Shown: positions 1 through 25,557 of the stretch, piece by piece
How positions within the stretch are numbered: the stretch's first letter is position 1
How the letters are laid out: the number at the start of each line of letters is the position of its first letter
Source: the human T2T-CHM13v2.0 reference genome, Homo sapiens
DNA length: 64,000 nt
Assembly: GCF_009914755.1 (NCBI RefSeq)
Contig: NC_060943.1
Strand: one strand, 5' to 3'
The notes under the pieces: model-generated
The model's input: only the letters and a program-made list of their open reading frames with translations
Told to the model about the DNA's origin: nothing
The model's database searches: none
Program-made: the position numbers and the translations under genes

Positions 1-723
1 CAGTGAGCCGAGATTGCGCCATTGCACTCCAGCCTGGGCAACAAGAGCCAAGAGTGAAACTCCATTTCAGGAAAAAAAAAAAGAGAAAGAAATGCAGAAC
101 CCAGGCCCCACCCAGCTCTGCCCAATGAGAGTCTGTATTTGAGCAAAATCTGCGGGTGATTTGGCTCATTTCTGGGGCCTCCAAGCTCCATGTGAGGAAA
201 GAGAAGGAAGCAGTTGAGTGCTGGCTGCAAAACTGAAGAAATGAGTGAATCAATGACAATCCTGGTTGCCTTGAGCCTTGACCCATCCAAAGAATCTCTC
301 AGACCAGTACTTCTCAAACTCACCTACACACCAGACTCACCTAGGGAGATTTTAAAAATCCTTTTGGGCCAGACGTGGTGGCTCATGCCTGTAATCCCAG
401 CACTTTGGGAGGCCAAGGCGGGTGGATCACTTGAGGTCAGGATCGAGACCAGCCCGGCCAACATGGTGAAAGCCCGTCTCTACTAAGAAAAAATACAAAA
501 ATTAGCCACGCATGGTGGTGTGCACCTGTAATCCCAGCTACTTGGGAGGCTGAGGCACAAGTATTGCTTGAACGCGGGAGGTGGAGGTTTGCATTGAGCC
601 AAGATCTTGCCACTGCACTCCAGTCTGGGTGACAGAGCAAGACTCCGTCTCAGAAAAAAAAAAAAAAAAATCCTTTTGTCCTGATTGTCACCCCTCTTTC
701 ATTTAAATCAGAATTGTGGGTCA

Positions 724-1029
<306 letters not shown>

Positions 1030-1597
1030 TTAAATAAATAACTCAGAATCATGGGGCTGAAGGAGGTGGCTCACATCTGTAATCCCAGCAAGTTGGGACA
1101 CCAAGGCAGGCAGATCACTTGAAGCCAGGCGTTGGAGACCAGCCTGGCCAACACAGTGAAACCCTGTCTCTACTAAAAATATAAAAATTAGTCAGGCATG
1201 GTGGCGCAAGCCTGTAATGCCAGCTACTCCGGAGGCTGAGGCACGAGAATTGCTTGAACCTGGGGGGAGGCGGAGGTTGCAGTGACTCTGTCTCAAAAAA
1301 AAAAAAAAAAAAAAGAGATGGGGGTTCTGTTGTGTTGCCCAGGGTGGTCTTGAACTCCTGGGCTCAGGAGATCCACCTGCCTTGGCTTCCCAAAGTGTTG
1401 GGATTACAGACATGAGCCACTGCACCCGGCCAACCACTGATCTTTCTTTCTACTACCTCCAGAGTTTTGCCTTTTCCAGAATGTCCTTTAGTTGGAATCA
1501 TGCAGTATGTACCCCTTTCAGACTGGCTTCTTTCACTTAGGAATATGCATTTAAGGTTCCTCCATGTCTTTTCATGTCTTGATAGCTCACTGGATAA

Positions 1598-1744
<147 letters not shown>

Positions 1745-1927
1745 TAAGCAGCTAGGATTACAAGCATGTGCCACCACGCCTGGCTAATTTTTTGTATTTT
1801 TAGTAGAGATGGGGTTTCTCCATGTTGGCCAGGCTGGTCTCGAACTCCCGACCTCAGGTGATCTGCCCGCCTTGGCCTCCCAAAGTGTTGGGATTACAGG
1901 CGTGAGCCACTGCACCCGGCCAAATAG

Positions 1928-2122
<195 letters not shown>

Positions 2123-2643
2123 TGAGTAGCTAGGATTACAGGTGCCCGCCACCATGCCCAGCTAATTTTTGTGTTTTTAGTAGAGACAGGGTTTCACCAT
2201 GTTGGCCAGGCTAGTCTTGAACTCCTGACCTCAAGTGATCCACCCGCCTCAGCCTCCCAAAGTGCTGGGATTACAGGTGTGAGCCACCACACCCAGACAA
2301 GTTTTAACATTTTTCATATGCTGTTAGGACCAAAGAAAACCATTCTTTGATCCCTGATTTGAGATCTCTGGTTTGAACTACAAGCTTTTTGAGGGCAGGA
2401 GGCTGTTGACTCCTGCTCCACCTTGTGAGGGAGAGGCTGCTATCTCCATTTAACAGGGGAGGAAACTGAGGCAGAATGCTGAGCTCAAAAGCTCAGGAGG
2501 AGAAGACTGGTCCTAGAGTCACTGAGAGACTCGGTCAGTACCCCATGCTTCATACACCTCTGACTGAATAGCACAGTGCTAGAGTGCCCTGGGGACCCTT
2601 CTAGTACCACCCAGTCATCTGCAAATGAGGCATTGACCCCTGA

Positions 2644-2996
<353 letters not shown>

Positions 2997-3085
2997 TGAT
3001 CCACCCGCCTCGGTCTCCCAAAGTGCTGGGATTACAGGCATCAGCCACTGCGCCCGGCCTGTTTTTTGTTTTTTTTTTTTTTTGA

Positions 3086-3241
<156 letters not shown>

Positions 3242-3841
3242 TGATTTTTAAAAAATCCATCTACTGAAATTTCCACCCACAGGTACTTTCCATTTCCGCA
3301 CTGTTCCAGAAATACCTCTTGCGTCGTTGCTAGGCGCTAAGCAATCTCTTTTTCACCCTCACAGGCATCTTTGGAAATGACTGATATAGATCTGGTGTGG
3401 TCACCTTGTCCAGGCTTTCCCAAGATGAGCATCGAAAGTCCCATGTCCAGCCGGGTGCGGGGGCTCATGCCTGTAATCCCAGCACTCTGGGAGGCCGAGG
3501 AAGGTGGATCACCTGAGGTCAGGAGTTTGAGACCAGCCTGGCCAACATGGAGAAATCCCATCTCTACTAAAAATACAAAAGTTAGCCGGGCCTGGTGGCG
3601 GGTGCCTGTAATCCCAGGTACTCGGGAGGCTGAGGCAGGAGAATCACTTGAACCCGGGAGGTGGAGGTTGCATCAAGCCAAGATCGCACCACTACACTCC
3701 AGCCTGGGCGACAGAGCAAGACCCCATCTCAAAAAAAGAATAAAAGAAAGTCCCATGTCCCAGGAAACCCCTGGGACCCAGGCAAAGGGGGATAGTTGGT
3801 CACCCTAGACCGCCTCCCCCTCCTACATATGGGCAAACTGA

Positions 3842-4237
<396 letters not shown>

Positions 4238-5112
4238 TGATCCACCTGCCTCGGCCTCCCAGAATGCTGGGATTACAGGTGTGAGCCACTGCGCCTGGCC
4301 GTCATCTTGGTCTTTTGACAGTGAAGCAAACTAAGGCTTGGGGGGGCAGGCAGTCACTTGCCCAAGGCCATGCTAGAGTGAGTAGCAGAGCCAGAAGCTA
4401 GGCATGTGATGAGGTTTTGCCATGTTGCCCAGGCTGGTCTTGAACTCCTGAGCTCAAGTGATCTGCCTGCCTTGGCCTCCGAAAGTGCTGGGATTACGGG
4501 TGTGAGCCACCGCGCCCAGCCGGCATGTGACTTTTATAGCAGGGCACACACATACTGCAAACATGGGCATCTGCCCGTCAGAGCGTAACTCATGCAAACG
4601 CTAGGTCCCTACCCCCACTCCCCAACCTCGGTCCCTGGGATGATCCCAGAGGGCACAAGAAAGATCCTGGAAAGAATTCAGTCCCTGGGAGTTATTTTTA
4701 GATGCAGAGGTATCCATTTCTGCAAAACATGGGTGCCTCACCCGACCTGGCCTCTGCACAGGCCACCAGCTGCTCTGAGGGATTAACTCTCAGCCAGTTG
4801 TGTTTTAAATAGACCCTAGGAGAGGAGCTGAAGCATTTTACCTCATACCCTAGGACCTTGGTCAATGGTAAGACGTAGGACAACCTTGAGAGCAGGGAGA
4901 AGCTGCATTTTGGGCTCATAACTCCAGGGTGAGGTTAGAGGAGGGAAAAGCTCATTCCAGTCCTCATCAGGAGTTAGACAAAGAAGCAACGTTCTACTTT
5001 GTTTTTTAAAAAAAGAGATGTGGAGAGAAAAAAGTGGCTTGTTCAAGATCACATTGTTAGTTGGTGGGGATAGCGAGGAGAGGGGCAAGTGTATTGATTA
5101 CTTACTCTAAAA

Positions 5113-5478
<366 letters not shown>

Positions 5479-5620
5479 TGATCCACCTGCCTTGGCCTCC
5501 CAAAGTGTTGAGATTACAGGTGTGAGCCACTGAGCCCGGCCATAAGTGTATCATTTTGCAGCCCAACCTTTTCACTCAGCAGTAAGCTTATGGGACTTGT
5601 CTTTGTTGATACATCTAAAA

Positions 5621-6110
<490 letters not shown>

Positions 6111-6827
6111 TGATCCGCCTGCCTTGGCCTCCCAAAGTGCTGGGTGAGCCACTGCACCCAGCCTGGTTCACTTTTAAATAGCTACTCTATGGCACTCCAC
6201 ATTTTGTGGCTTCCCACAGCTTTACTAAGAGACTGTTGATTTCACTTTTCTCCTGTTGCAACATTGTATCAGTGAAACATCTTCCTTCTCTAAGTCTTTG
6301 TTTATGGTGCTTGTTTCTTTGGGGTTAATAGCAAGGAGTGGAATTGCTGGGGTCCAGGGGATGCACAGCTTCATATTTCCCTGGTATTGCCAAGTTGCCT
6401 CTAACATGGTAATGCCCACTGATGCGCTCACCTGGATTTGTAGGAGAAACTCTGGCATTGATGATTATTTCCCCCTGTGAGGTTGACCAAGCTAAGAAGA
6501 ACGTAATTCCTTTTACAGAGTAGAGTGCACTACACCTTTCTCAATTAATAAATGGAACAGAGAAGGTCATTGTTGTTACAATGTCACCAGAAATGCGCAG
6601 GCCTGCTGGTGGCTCACACCTGAAATCCCAGCACTTTGGGAGGCCAAGGCAGGAGGATCATTTGAAGCCAGGAGTTCAAGAGCAGCCTGGGCCACACAGT
6701 GAGATCCTATCTTTACAAAAAAAGAAAAAAAAAAAAGTATAAAAATTGGCCAGGCATGGTGGCACACGTCTGTACTCCTAGCTACTTGGAAGGCTCAAGC
6801 CCAGGAGTTTGAGGCTGCAGTGAGCTA

Positions 6828-7031
<204 letters not shown>

Positions 7032-7034
7032 CTA

Positions 7035-7271
<237 letters not shown>

Positions 7272-7430
7272 TCACCTGTCTTGTTCATTATTGTAATACC
7301 AGGACCCAAGGCCGGGCGCCGTGGCTCACACCTATAATCCCAGCACTTTGGGAGGCTGAGGTGGGCAGATCACCTGAGGTCGGGAGTTTGAGACCAGCCT
7401 GACCAACATGGAGAAAACTTGTCTCTACTA

Positions 7431-7589
<159 letters not shown>

Positions 7590-7829
7590 TCAAACAAACA
7601 ACAACAACAAAAAAAAACCAGGACCCAGAGGGATGCACATTTCCCATAAATTCATTCACAGTTATTTCTTGAACCCATACAATGTGTCCAACACAGCCCC
7701 CATTCAGTGGCAGAGAAGGCCTCCGTGGTTGCTGAACTCACGGAGGGATGAAGATCAAATCCACCCGTTGAATGTATCATTAGTATATACAGATTTCTTA
7801 ATCTGTTGCAGATGCTATAATCTGTTGCA

Positions 7830-8780
<951 letters not shown>

Positions 8781-8933
8781 GACACTCTTTCTCTTCCCTG
8801 CTAAAAATAGACAAAACTGATTATTTCTTTTGCTTAGTCTTTTGATTTGACTAATAAGAGATCACATTTTGGCCGGGCGCGGTGGCTCACACCTGTAATC
8901 CCAGCACTTTGTGAGGCCGAGGCAGGCGGATCA

Positions 8934-9194
<261 letters not shown>

Positions 9195-9577
9195 TCAATA
9201 CTGACTGTAGTTTTCATTTCATTAGAATAAGTTGTATTAGGGGAATCGTTGGTTTTGGCTCTGGTCATGTAATGTACAGAGTAGCTGTACCTTACAACTT
9301 GATCATAAAGTTGTTCTCTGCAAAACGAAACTAGTTGGGAAAGACAGAATCAATATGATGAAAGAAGTGGTCATACCAGGAGACACAAGTTCTAACTCCA
9401 AGGTGTGGCCTTAGAAGATTACGAAGATACAACATAAGGATAGAACTATTTATAAAGATTATAAAGGCTTTACATGAGTAATACAAGATGCAAGGATTTA
9501 GTGAATAGACATTAATACTGTACCCCGAGTGTTGCATTTTCATGACCTTTTTTTTTTTTTTTTTTTTTGAGAGGTAG

Positions 9578-9859
<282 letters not shown>

Positions 9860-10915
9860 TAAAAAGAAAAAAAAAAAAAAAGCCCAGCTATAGGACCTAA
9901 GGACTCAGCAATGGGGTTTTCAAGCCCCCTTCTTTTTAATATGGAATTTTAAAATACTTCTTATCTTGGAAGAGTTTATGACTCACAAGAAGTTGCAAAA
10001 ATGGTACAGAGAATTTGCAAATACCCTTTACCCAGCTTCCTCCAATGACATCTTATGTAATGATAGTGCATTATTAAAACCAGGAAATTGGCATGGGTAC
10101 ACTATCATTAACTCAACTACAGACTTTATATATTTATTATTTTTGAGACAGAGTCTCATTCTGTCACCCAGGCTGGAGTGCAGTGGTGCACTCATGGCTT
10201 ACTGCAGCCTCAAACTCTTGGGTTCAAGTGATCCTCCCAACTCAACCTCTTGAGTAGCTGGGACTACAGGTGCATGCCACCATGCCCAGCTAATTAGAAA
10301 AAATTTTTTGTAGAGATGGGGTCTCACTGTGTTGCCCAGGCTGGCCTCCCCTCCCCTTCCCTCCCTTCCCCTCCCCTCTCAACAGGGTCTTGCTCTGGAG
10401 TGCAGTGGCATGCTCATGACTCACTGCAGCCTCCACCTCACCAGCTCAAGTGATCTTCCTACCTCAGCTTCCCGAGTAGCTGGGACTACAGAAGCATGCC
10501 ACCACGCCCAGCTAATTTTTAAAATTTTTTGCAGAGGTGGGGTCTCACTATGTTGCCCATGTTGGTCTCGAACACCCAGGCTCAAGTGATCTACGTGGCT
10601 CAGCCTCCCAGAGTGTTGGGATTACAAGTGTGAGCCACCGTGCCCAGCCCGGAAATAAAAGCTTAATACATGCTACAATGGGGATGAAGCTTGAGGACAT
10701 TATGCTCAATAAGCCACACAAAACAACAAAGTTTGTATGGTTTCGCTTACATGAGATTCCTAAAGTCATCAATTTCATAGAGACAGAAAGTAGAATGGTG
10801 CCAGGGGCTAGGCGATGGGGGATGAGGAGTGAGTGTTTAATAGGTTTCAGTTTGGGAAGATGAAAGAGTTTTGGAGATGGTTGGTGGTGATTATGGCAAA
10901 ACAATGTGAATATAA

Positions 10916-11251
<336 letters not shown>

Positions 11252-11408
11252 TTAAAAATGTTTAAAATGGGCTGGGCATGGTGTCTCACGTCTATAATCC
11301 CAACTCTTTGGGAAGCTGAGCCAGGTGGATGGCTTGAGCCCAGGAGTTTGAGACCAGCCTGGGCAACATGGCGAAACCCCGTGCCTACTTTAAATATACA
11401 AAAAATTA

Positions 11409-12008
<600 letters not shown>

Positions 12009-12041
12009 TCAGCTGAGGTCAGAATAGCAATTTCTTTTGTT

Positions 12042-12043
<2 letters not shown>

Positions 12044-12096
<53 letters not shown>

Positions 12097-12098
12097 TG
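12044..12098. repeat. (TG)n microsatellite at an antisense Alu tail
   Basis: Long TG run with one TA interruption, about 680 bp upstream of TMEM38A exon 2. Confidence 0.95.
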
Positions 12099-12774
12099 TT
12101 TTAGATGGAGTCTTGCTCTGTTGCCCAGGCTGGAGTGCAGTGCAGTGGTGCAATCTCAGCTCACTGCAGCCTCCACCTCCTGAGTTCAAGTGATTCTCCT
12201 GTCAGCCTCCTGAGTAGCTGGGATTACAGGCATGCACTACCGTTCCCGGCTAATTTTTGTATTTTTAGGGACGGGGTTTCACCATGTTAGCCAGGCTGGT
12301 CTTGAACTCCTGACCTCAAGTGATTTGTCCACCTTGGACTCCCAAAGTGCTGGGATTACAGGTGTGAGCCACCATGCCCGGCCCAGAGTAGCAATTTCAA
12401 AGTACTCCCAGGTACAAGCTGGCCCGTCTCACCAAGCCTCAGTCTCCTCTTGACAATGAGACTCCTGATAATAAAAGCCATCACTTGGCTGGGACACTGA
12501 TGAGGATTTATTAAGTCCTAAATGTGAACTAGTGTCATCATCATTGCCACCTCTCTGGGCATGAAGGAAAGGACTCCCACTCGGCTCTCTATTTTCTCTG
12601 TGCAACCTCAGGCATGCGTACAGCCTCTCTGAACCTTGGTTCCTCCTCTGAAACTTACAAACTGCACAGTGTTGGGTGGGCGCTCTGGATTAGGATAGGC
12701 TGACCAGAGCATATGGGAGTGAAGCCTGCCCTTGGCATGCTGGTGATGATGGGGGACACTCCTGTGCCTCCCAG

Positions 12775-12931
12775 GAGCAGTCGAACTGTCCCGGCGCCAC
12801 CCCATCGCGTCCTGGCTGTGCGCCATGCTGCATTGCTTCGGGAGCTACATCCTGGCTGATCTGCTCCTTGGGGAGCCACTGATCGATTACTTCAGCAACA
12901 ACTCCAGCATCCTGCTGGCCTCAGCTGTCTG
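12775..12931 (+). CDS. TMEM38A: TMEM38A (TRIC-A trimeric intracellular cation channel) coding exon 2, 157 nt
   Basis: Acceptor cccag|GA at 12774/12775; donor TG|gtaagc at 12931/12932. Translates (G)[51 protein letters not shown](W), recognised as TRIC-A. Confidence 0.97.
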
Positions 12932-13187
12932 GTAAGCCATGCTGGGCATGGGAGAGCAGAGCCGGGTGGGGGAAACAACAACCTGGGCACCAGGGAGGAG
13001 AGAGGTTGGAGGAATTAGAATGCACCAGCAACAGCCCTCATGATGGCCCTGAATATGCTGCCCTCCATGCCCATCTCTGGTCTAGGCACAGCACGTTGGG
13101 GAGGGTGGTCTGATATAACCACAGCTCCCTACCCCCATCCTTCACAGTCTGCCCATCCCCTGGCACTCACTGTTCTCTCCCCAAAAG

Positions 13188-13372
13188 GTACTTGATTTTC
13201 TTCTGCCCCCTGGACCTCTTCTACAAGTGTGTCTGCTTCCTGCCTGTGAAACTCATCTTCGTGGCCATGAAGGAGGTGGTGCGAGTCCGCAAGATCGCGG
13301 TGGGCATCCATCACGCCCATCACCACTACCACCACGGGTGGTTCGTCATGATTGCAACTGGGTGGGTCAAAG
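13188..13372 (+). CDS. TMEM38A: TMEM38A coding exon 3, 185 nt
   Basis: Acceptor ctctccccaaaag|G; donor AAG|gtaaat. Encodes [61 protein letters not shown](G). Phase fits exon 2 (TG|G = Trp). Confidence 0.97.
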
Positions 13373-13618
13373 GTAAATAGGATGATGACAATGAAAAATC
13401 ATCCCAGTGGAGAACTTTTGGTTCAGTGGTACTACCAGGCACCCCAGCTAGGAAAGCCATTGCTCCAGGCACAGGGGCATAAAGACTGCAGTAGGTGTTC
13501 AAACCTCCCTACAGGTATCAGCCGATACCTTTAGGGTAAATGGGAAGATTCTTCTAGAAATGTTACTGTCAGGGGTACCTAAGACAGTGATGATGATGAC
13601 AAAAGCCAGCATTGCCAG

Positions 13619-13832
13619 AGCAGGTTTTCTCACTTGCAGCACTACTGACATGTGGGGCTGGATCATTCTTTGTGGTGGGGGCTGCCTTGTGCACTATAGG
13701 ATGTTGAACAGCACCCCTGGCCTCCACCCACGAGATGCCAGTAGCACACTTGTCCCCAGCTGTGACAAAGAAATTGTCTCCAGACATTGCTAAACGCCTC
13801 CTAGAGGGCAAAATGGCTGCAGGTGAGAACCC
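13619..13832. mobile_element. MER20 DNA transposon (second partial copy at about 14425-14610)
   Basis: gcactactgacatgtggggctggatcattctttgtgg...gatgccagtagcac...tctccagacattgc. Confidence 0.75.
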
Positions 13833-14089
13833 CTTCTTCTCTAGAGCTCTAGCTATAGGAGTTCTTAACTTTTGTGGACCATGGCCCTTTTGCCAGTGAA
13901 GCCTACAGACCCTTTCGTGTGCAGAAAATAGAGCTAGACATGGTGGCTCATGCCTGTAGTTCTAGCTACTCAGGAGGCTGAGGTGGGAGGATCACTTCAG
14001 CCTAGGAGTTCAACATTACAGTGAGCTATGATTGTGCCACTGCACTCCAGCTGGGCAACAGAGCAAGAGTCTGTCTCTAAAAAATTAAA

Positions 14090-14285
14090 ATTAAAAAATA
14101 AAGTAATAATGAAAATGTTATTAGAAATAAAGAACGTTTTATAATGATAAAAGGGTCAATCCACCAGGAAGATATAACAACTATAAACATATATGCACCT
14201 AGAAACAGAGCACCAAAATACATAAAGCAAAAATGGACAGAAGTTAGGGGAGAAAGAGATAATTCAACATTAAAAGTTGGAGAAG
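14090..14285 (+). mobile_element. L1 ORF2 endonuclease-domain fragment
   Basis: Translation MIKGSIHQEDITTINIYAPRNRAPKYIKQ is the L1 ORF2p endonuclease motif; short and dead. Confidence 0.85.
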
Positions 14286-15211
14286 TGGGCCAAGGAGTAA
14301 CAGGAAAGCAGGGAAAGAAGGCCTGAGCAAGTGCCAAAAACCATTGGGCACTTTATCCTCGCTTCCTGCCCACCAGATATGGGTACCCACAAAGTGCCAA
14401 GACCTAGAATCACCCTCCATTGAGCCATGGTGTCCTCAGTTATTCCTTGCTATGGGGAGCCAACCTGTGCATTATACAATGGTGAGCCACCTCCCTGGCC
14501 TCGACTCACTAAATACCAGTAGCGCTCCCTCCCCAGCTGTGACAACTCAAAGTGTTTCTCAACATTGCCAGATGCTTCCTTGGGGGCAAAATGGCCCCAG
14601 ATGCGATTCCCTGGTCCAGTAGTACATCTCAGGCACCCAGTTGGTGCAGCAGTTCCTGGAGTGGATGTCCAAGTCTATTTAACCAGTACATTTAGGGTAA
14701 ATGGGAAGATTCTTCCAGAAATTTAATCATTCTATCTCCATTTGAGTCTTCTTATTGTCTCTCCAGGAAGCTTTTAGTACTGAGCAGATTCCCCAGGGGT
14801 ATAGCATCTCCTCCAGAGGATGGGTGGCTTGAGAAAGATTAAGAACTTGGAGCCTTGAGGAGGAGAGAGACTGCGGGTGGGGGCTGCCTTGGAAGCCTCA
14901 TACACAGCTTGGGGTCCTGGATTAGGGGCATCAGGACAGACAACCCCAGGTTGAAGACCTGCCTTGCAGGTGGGGACATGACTGATTCCTTTAGGTGGCT
15001 TTTGCTCTGAATTTGCCATATGATCCTCAGCAAGGCTCTGTCCTCTCTGAGCCTCAGTTTCCCCACCTGCAGCTGATGATCATACACCCCCAGGCTCAGT
15101 GTCCTTCTAGAGAAGATTCTGGGAGTGGAGAGACTGCTTCCTTGGGAATTCAAACAAGAGGAAAGGAGACCTGGGGGTGGTGGGCTTGTTCAGAAGCACC
15201 CTGTCCTGTAG

Positions 15212-15299
15212 GTTCTGGTGTCGCCCTCATGTCCAACTTTGAGCAGCTGCTCCGAGGGGTCTGGAAGCCAGAGACCAACGAGATCCTGCACATGTCTTT
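15212..15299 (+). CDS. TMEM38A: TMEM38A coding exon 4, 88 nt
   Basis: Acceptor ctgtcctgtag|GT; donor TT|gtgagt. Encodes (G)[28 protein letters not shown](F). Confidence 0.97.
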
Positions 15300-15945
15300 G
15301 TGAGTATCCCACTCCACCTCTCCCTCCATGCCTCCTGTATGTCCGGGTGCCTGACCCTGAGTTGGATGCTGCTGATAACTTAGAGAGGCCTCAACCCTTG
15401 ACTCTGCCTTTCAGGAGCTTTCAGAGGCTATGACTGGGGAAGCTCAAAGCAGAGCCATAGCTCTGCTCAGTGTGGAGGTTGGGGAGGGCAGAGCTGCAGG
15501 AAGGAGGCAATACCTGATTGGGGTTTTGAAGGGTGAGCAGGAGTTCACTGGCCAAGAAGGAGCCTCCCAACAGAGGCCAGCATCTCTGCCAACTGTGAAA
15601 TCACAGAAGAGCAGCAGTGCTGCTGGGTGTGCGGGGTCAGGGTACAGGGTATGCATGGGATATGGAGTGTGCATTGGGAGCATATCTGGAGCTAAGTGGA
15701 CAAGGCCAGGTGACAGCATCCAAGACCCAATGCAGGATCCCACACTGCATTTAGCTTAATGTTTTTTATTTTTTTATTTTTTGAGACAGAGTCTTGCTCT
15801 GTCGCCCAGGCTTGAGTATGCTGGCATGATCTCGGCTCACTGCAACCTCCACCTCCCAGGTTCAAGAGATTCTCGTGCCTCAGCCTCCTGAGTACCTGGG
15901 ATTACAGGCATGTGCCACCATGCCCGGCTAATTTTTGTATTTTGA

Positions 15946-16080
<135 letters not shown>

Positions 16081-16600
16081 TAAAAGACCTTGTTGGGGGC
16101 TGGGTGTGGTGGCTCACACCTGTAATCTCTGCACTTTGGGAGGCCAAGCCTGGAGGTTTGCTTGAGTCCAGGAGTTCAAGACAAGACTGGGCAACATAGT
16201 GAGACCTATTCTATATTAAAAAAAAAAAGTTAAATTAGCTAGGCATGGTGGGATGCACTTGTGGTCCCAGCTACTCAGGAGGCTGAGGCAAGAGGATTAC
16301 TTGAGCCCAGGAATTCGAGGCTTCAGTAAGCTAGGATCATGCCACTGTACTCCAGCTTGGGTGGCAGAGCAAGACCTTGTCTCAAAAAAAAAAAAAAAAA
16401 AAGGGATCATGCATTTAAATCACCTGGCCCTGGAACCTGGTGAGTGCTTTGGAAATATTAGAGAGAATTATCATCATTAGGCTGGGCACGGTGGCTCACG
16501 CCTGTAATCCCAGCACTTTGGGAGGCTGAGGTGGGCAGATCACCTGAGGTCGGCAGTTTGAGACCAGCCTGACCAACATAGAGAAACCCCATTTCTGCTA

Positions 16601-17060
<460 letters not shown>

Positions 17061-17084
17061 TCAAGACCAGCCTGGGCAACATTA

Positions 17085-17312
<228 letters not shown>

Positions 17313-17427
17313 TCACAGGTCTGTCTTTTGCAACAAATAAAAATATCTTAAACCTATTTTGCAAGGAAAAAAATAAAAGTTAAGGAAAACTCTGCATGTT
17401 GTAATCACATTTTCTGGGGGAAATAAG

Positions 17428-18625
<1,198 letters not shown>

Positions 18626-18646
18626 GCATAGGATGACACCATCTCA

Positions 18647-19288
<642 letters not shown>

Positions 19289-19769
19289 TTATGTGGCTGG
19301 GACAGGCAGCCCAGAGAGGGGAGATGCTTGCCAGTAGGTCACTGGGAAGAGAGTTTAAAAGGCAGTGTCCAGCAGCCAGGACACAGATGAGAGGAACAGG
19401 CCTTCTGTGTAAAGGACCCAGCCTGAGCCAGGGTCAAGGTGGGCCCACTCTCTTGGGTACAGAGACCAGAGGGACAAGAAGCTGAAATGGCAGCATCAGG
19501 TAGCCAGGAACTCAGTTGGACCAGGAATACTTCTAGTCTGACAGTCATGCCTTGAGTTGACATCACCCCACCCAGGAGGGGTCTTCAGGGGCTGGGCTCT
19601 CTCCCTCTGCATGAAGATCTTAGCTCAGGGCTGTGTCTTCCCTGGGCGAGGACTCCAGGGCTGTCAAAAGGGAGTGAGCATGTCTTCCTGCATTAGGTGA
19701 GAAGGGAGAGGCAAGCAGATGGCTGGGATCCTGTCCTGCTATGTTTGTAGCTCTACCCCAGGCCAAATG

Positions 19770-20625
<856 letters not shown>

Positions 20626-20934
20626 TGCACTTAGCACAGCTTTTCTCTGAGCCCAGGTGTCGTGGGGAATTCTGGGGGATGGGTGACCAGCAGTCTCAGT
20701 GTGCTTGGAACTTTCCAGGGGTCAACACTTGAAATCTGGCATCCTGGGAAACCTGAGATGGTCGCCCATCATCCTGGGGGTGCATGCAGCCAGAGGGCTG
20801 GGTCTGGGCTACCTCCAACCTTGACTTTGATGACATTCTCTCCCCTCTTCTCCCCACCCTGCCCTCCACTCCTTTGCTTTCTACCTTGGTCTCCCTCTGT
20901 CTCTCTCGCTGTCTCCCTGGCCACCCCACCTCAG

Positions 20935-21162
20935 GTGTTTCTGACAGCCACCCACTCACACAGCTCCCCCTTTGATGCCCTGGAGGGCTACATCTGCCCC
21001 GTGCTGTTTGGTTCGGCCTGCGGGGGTGACCATCACCACGACAACCATGGTGGGTCCCACAGCGGTGGTGGGCCAGGAGCTCAGCATTCGGCCATGCCCG
21101 CCAAGTCCAAGGAGGAGTTGAGTGAGGGCTCCAGGAAGAAGAAGGCCAAGAAGGCGGATTAG
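20935..21162 (+). CDS. TMEM38A: TMEM38A last coding exon (exon 6), coding part 228 nt including TAG
   Basis: Long pyrimidine tract then cctcag|GTG. Encodes [75 protein letters not shown], ending in a KKxx ER-retrieval motif. Exons 2-6 total 776 nt; a 299-aa protein implies 124 coding nt in the upstream exon 1. Confidence 0.97.
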
Positions 21163-23141
<1,979 letters not shown>

Positions 23142-23327
23142 TGAGCCCAGCCACATGCCTGGGATTTTGGCCTCAAGATGTGGGGATGGCTGGGCATGGT
23201 GGCTCATCCCTGTAATCTCAGCACTTTGGAGGGCTGAAGCGGGCAGATCACCTGAGGTCAGGAGTTCAAGACCAGCCTGGCCAACATGGTGAAACCCTGC
23301 CTCTACTAAAACTACAAAAATTAGTCA

Positions 23328-23462
<135 letters not shown>

Positions 23463-23466
23463 TCAT

Positions 23467-23504
<38 letters not shown>

Positions 23505-23611
23505 TGGGCATGGTGGCTCACACCTGTAATCCCAGCACTTTGGGAGGCCAAGGCAGATGGATCACGAGGTCGGTGGATCACGAGTTCAGTAGATCAAGAC
23601 CATCCTGGCTA

Positions 23612-23833
<222 letters not shown>

Positions 23834-24110
23834 TTACATACATTATATGAAATCCTAGAAAAAGCAAACTAATGTATAATTACAGAAAGCTGATCAGTGG
23901 GTGCTTGGGGAAAGGCAGGTAGGGTGGGGTGGGCAGGAGGGATTTTGAAGGGGCAAGGGGACATGAGTGATGAGTCTGTTAACTTCTTTGATTGTGCTAG
24001 TTTCTCGGGTCTATACACATGTCAGAACCTATTACATTGTACATTGCAAATACACACAGTACCTCATTTGTCAGTGATGCCTCAATAAAGCTGTAAAAAA
24101 GAACCCTTCA

Positions 24111-24329
<219 letters not shown>

Positions 24330-24698
24330 TCAGCCCAGGAGGTTGAGGCTGCAGTGAGCTAAGATTGGGCCACTGCACTTCAGCCTGGGCGGAACAGTGA
24401 GACCCTGTCTCAAATAAATAAATAAAATAAGAATAAAGTAGAAAAAAACTCCACACCAAATTGGGCAAAAGAAGCTGGGCATGGTGACTCACATCTGTAG
24501 TCCTAGCTACTCTGGAGACCAAGGCAGGAGGATCACTTGAGCCCATTAGGTGGTGTCCAACCTGGGCAACATAGCAAGACCCTGTCTCAAAAAAAAACTG
24601 GGCAAAAGATTTGAATAGACACCACCAAAGAAATTATATGGTTGGCAGATATCATATAAATTGCACATTAAAACCACAAGCATATGCCACTGCATACC

Positions 24699-25293
<595 letters not shown>

Positions 25294-25419
25294 TAATCCA
25301 CCTGCCTCGGCCTCCCAAAGTGCTGGGATTACAGGGGTGAGCCACCGCACCCGGCCTAATTTTTTTGTAGAGTTGGGATCTCCCTATGTTACCCAGGCTG
25401 GTCTCCAGCTTCTGGCTCA

Positions 25420-25557
<138 letters not shown>

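Noticed and set aside
3321-3340. CGTTGCTAGGCGCT as a third RFX site
   Set aside because: Only one good half-site and no supporting promoter features.
6420-6600. TGATGA-containing unique intronic stretch as a C/D snoRNA
   Set aside because: No D box (CTGA) with a terminal stem at suitable spacing.
14144-14326. L1 endonuclease-like peptide as a domesticated gene
   Set aside because: Short isolated fragment with no splice context; ordinary L1 debris.
20662-20934. N-terminal part of the 166-aa ORF in frame with TMEM38A exon 6
   Set aside because: Intron 5 polypyrimidine tract that happens to be open; it starts at GTG and a clear acceptor exists at 20934.
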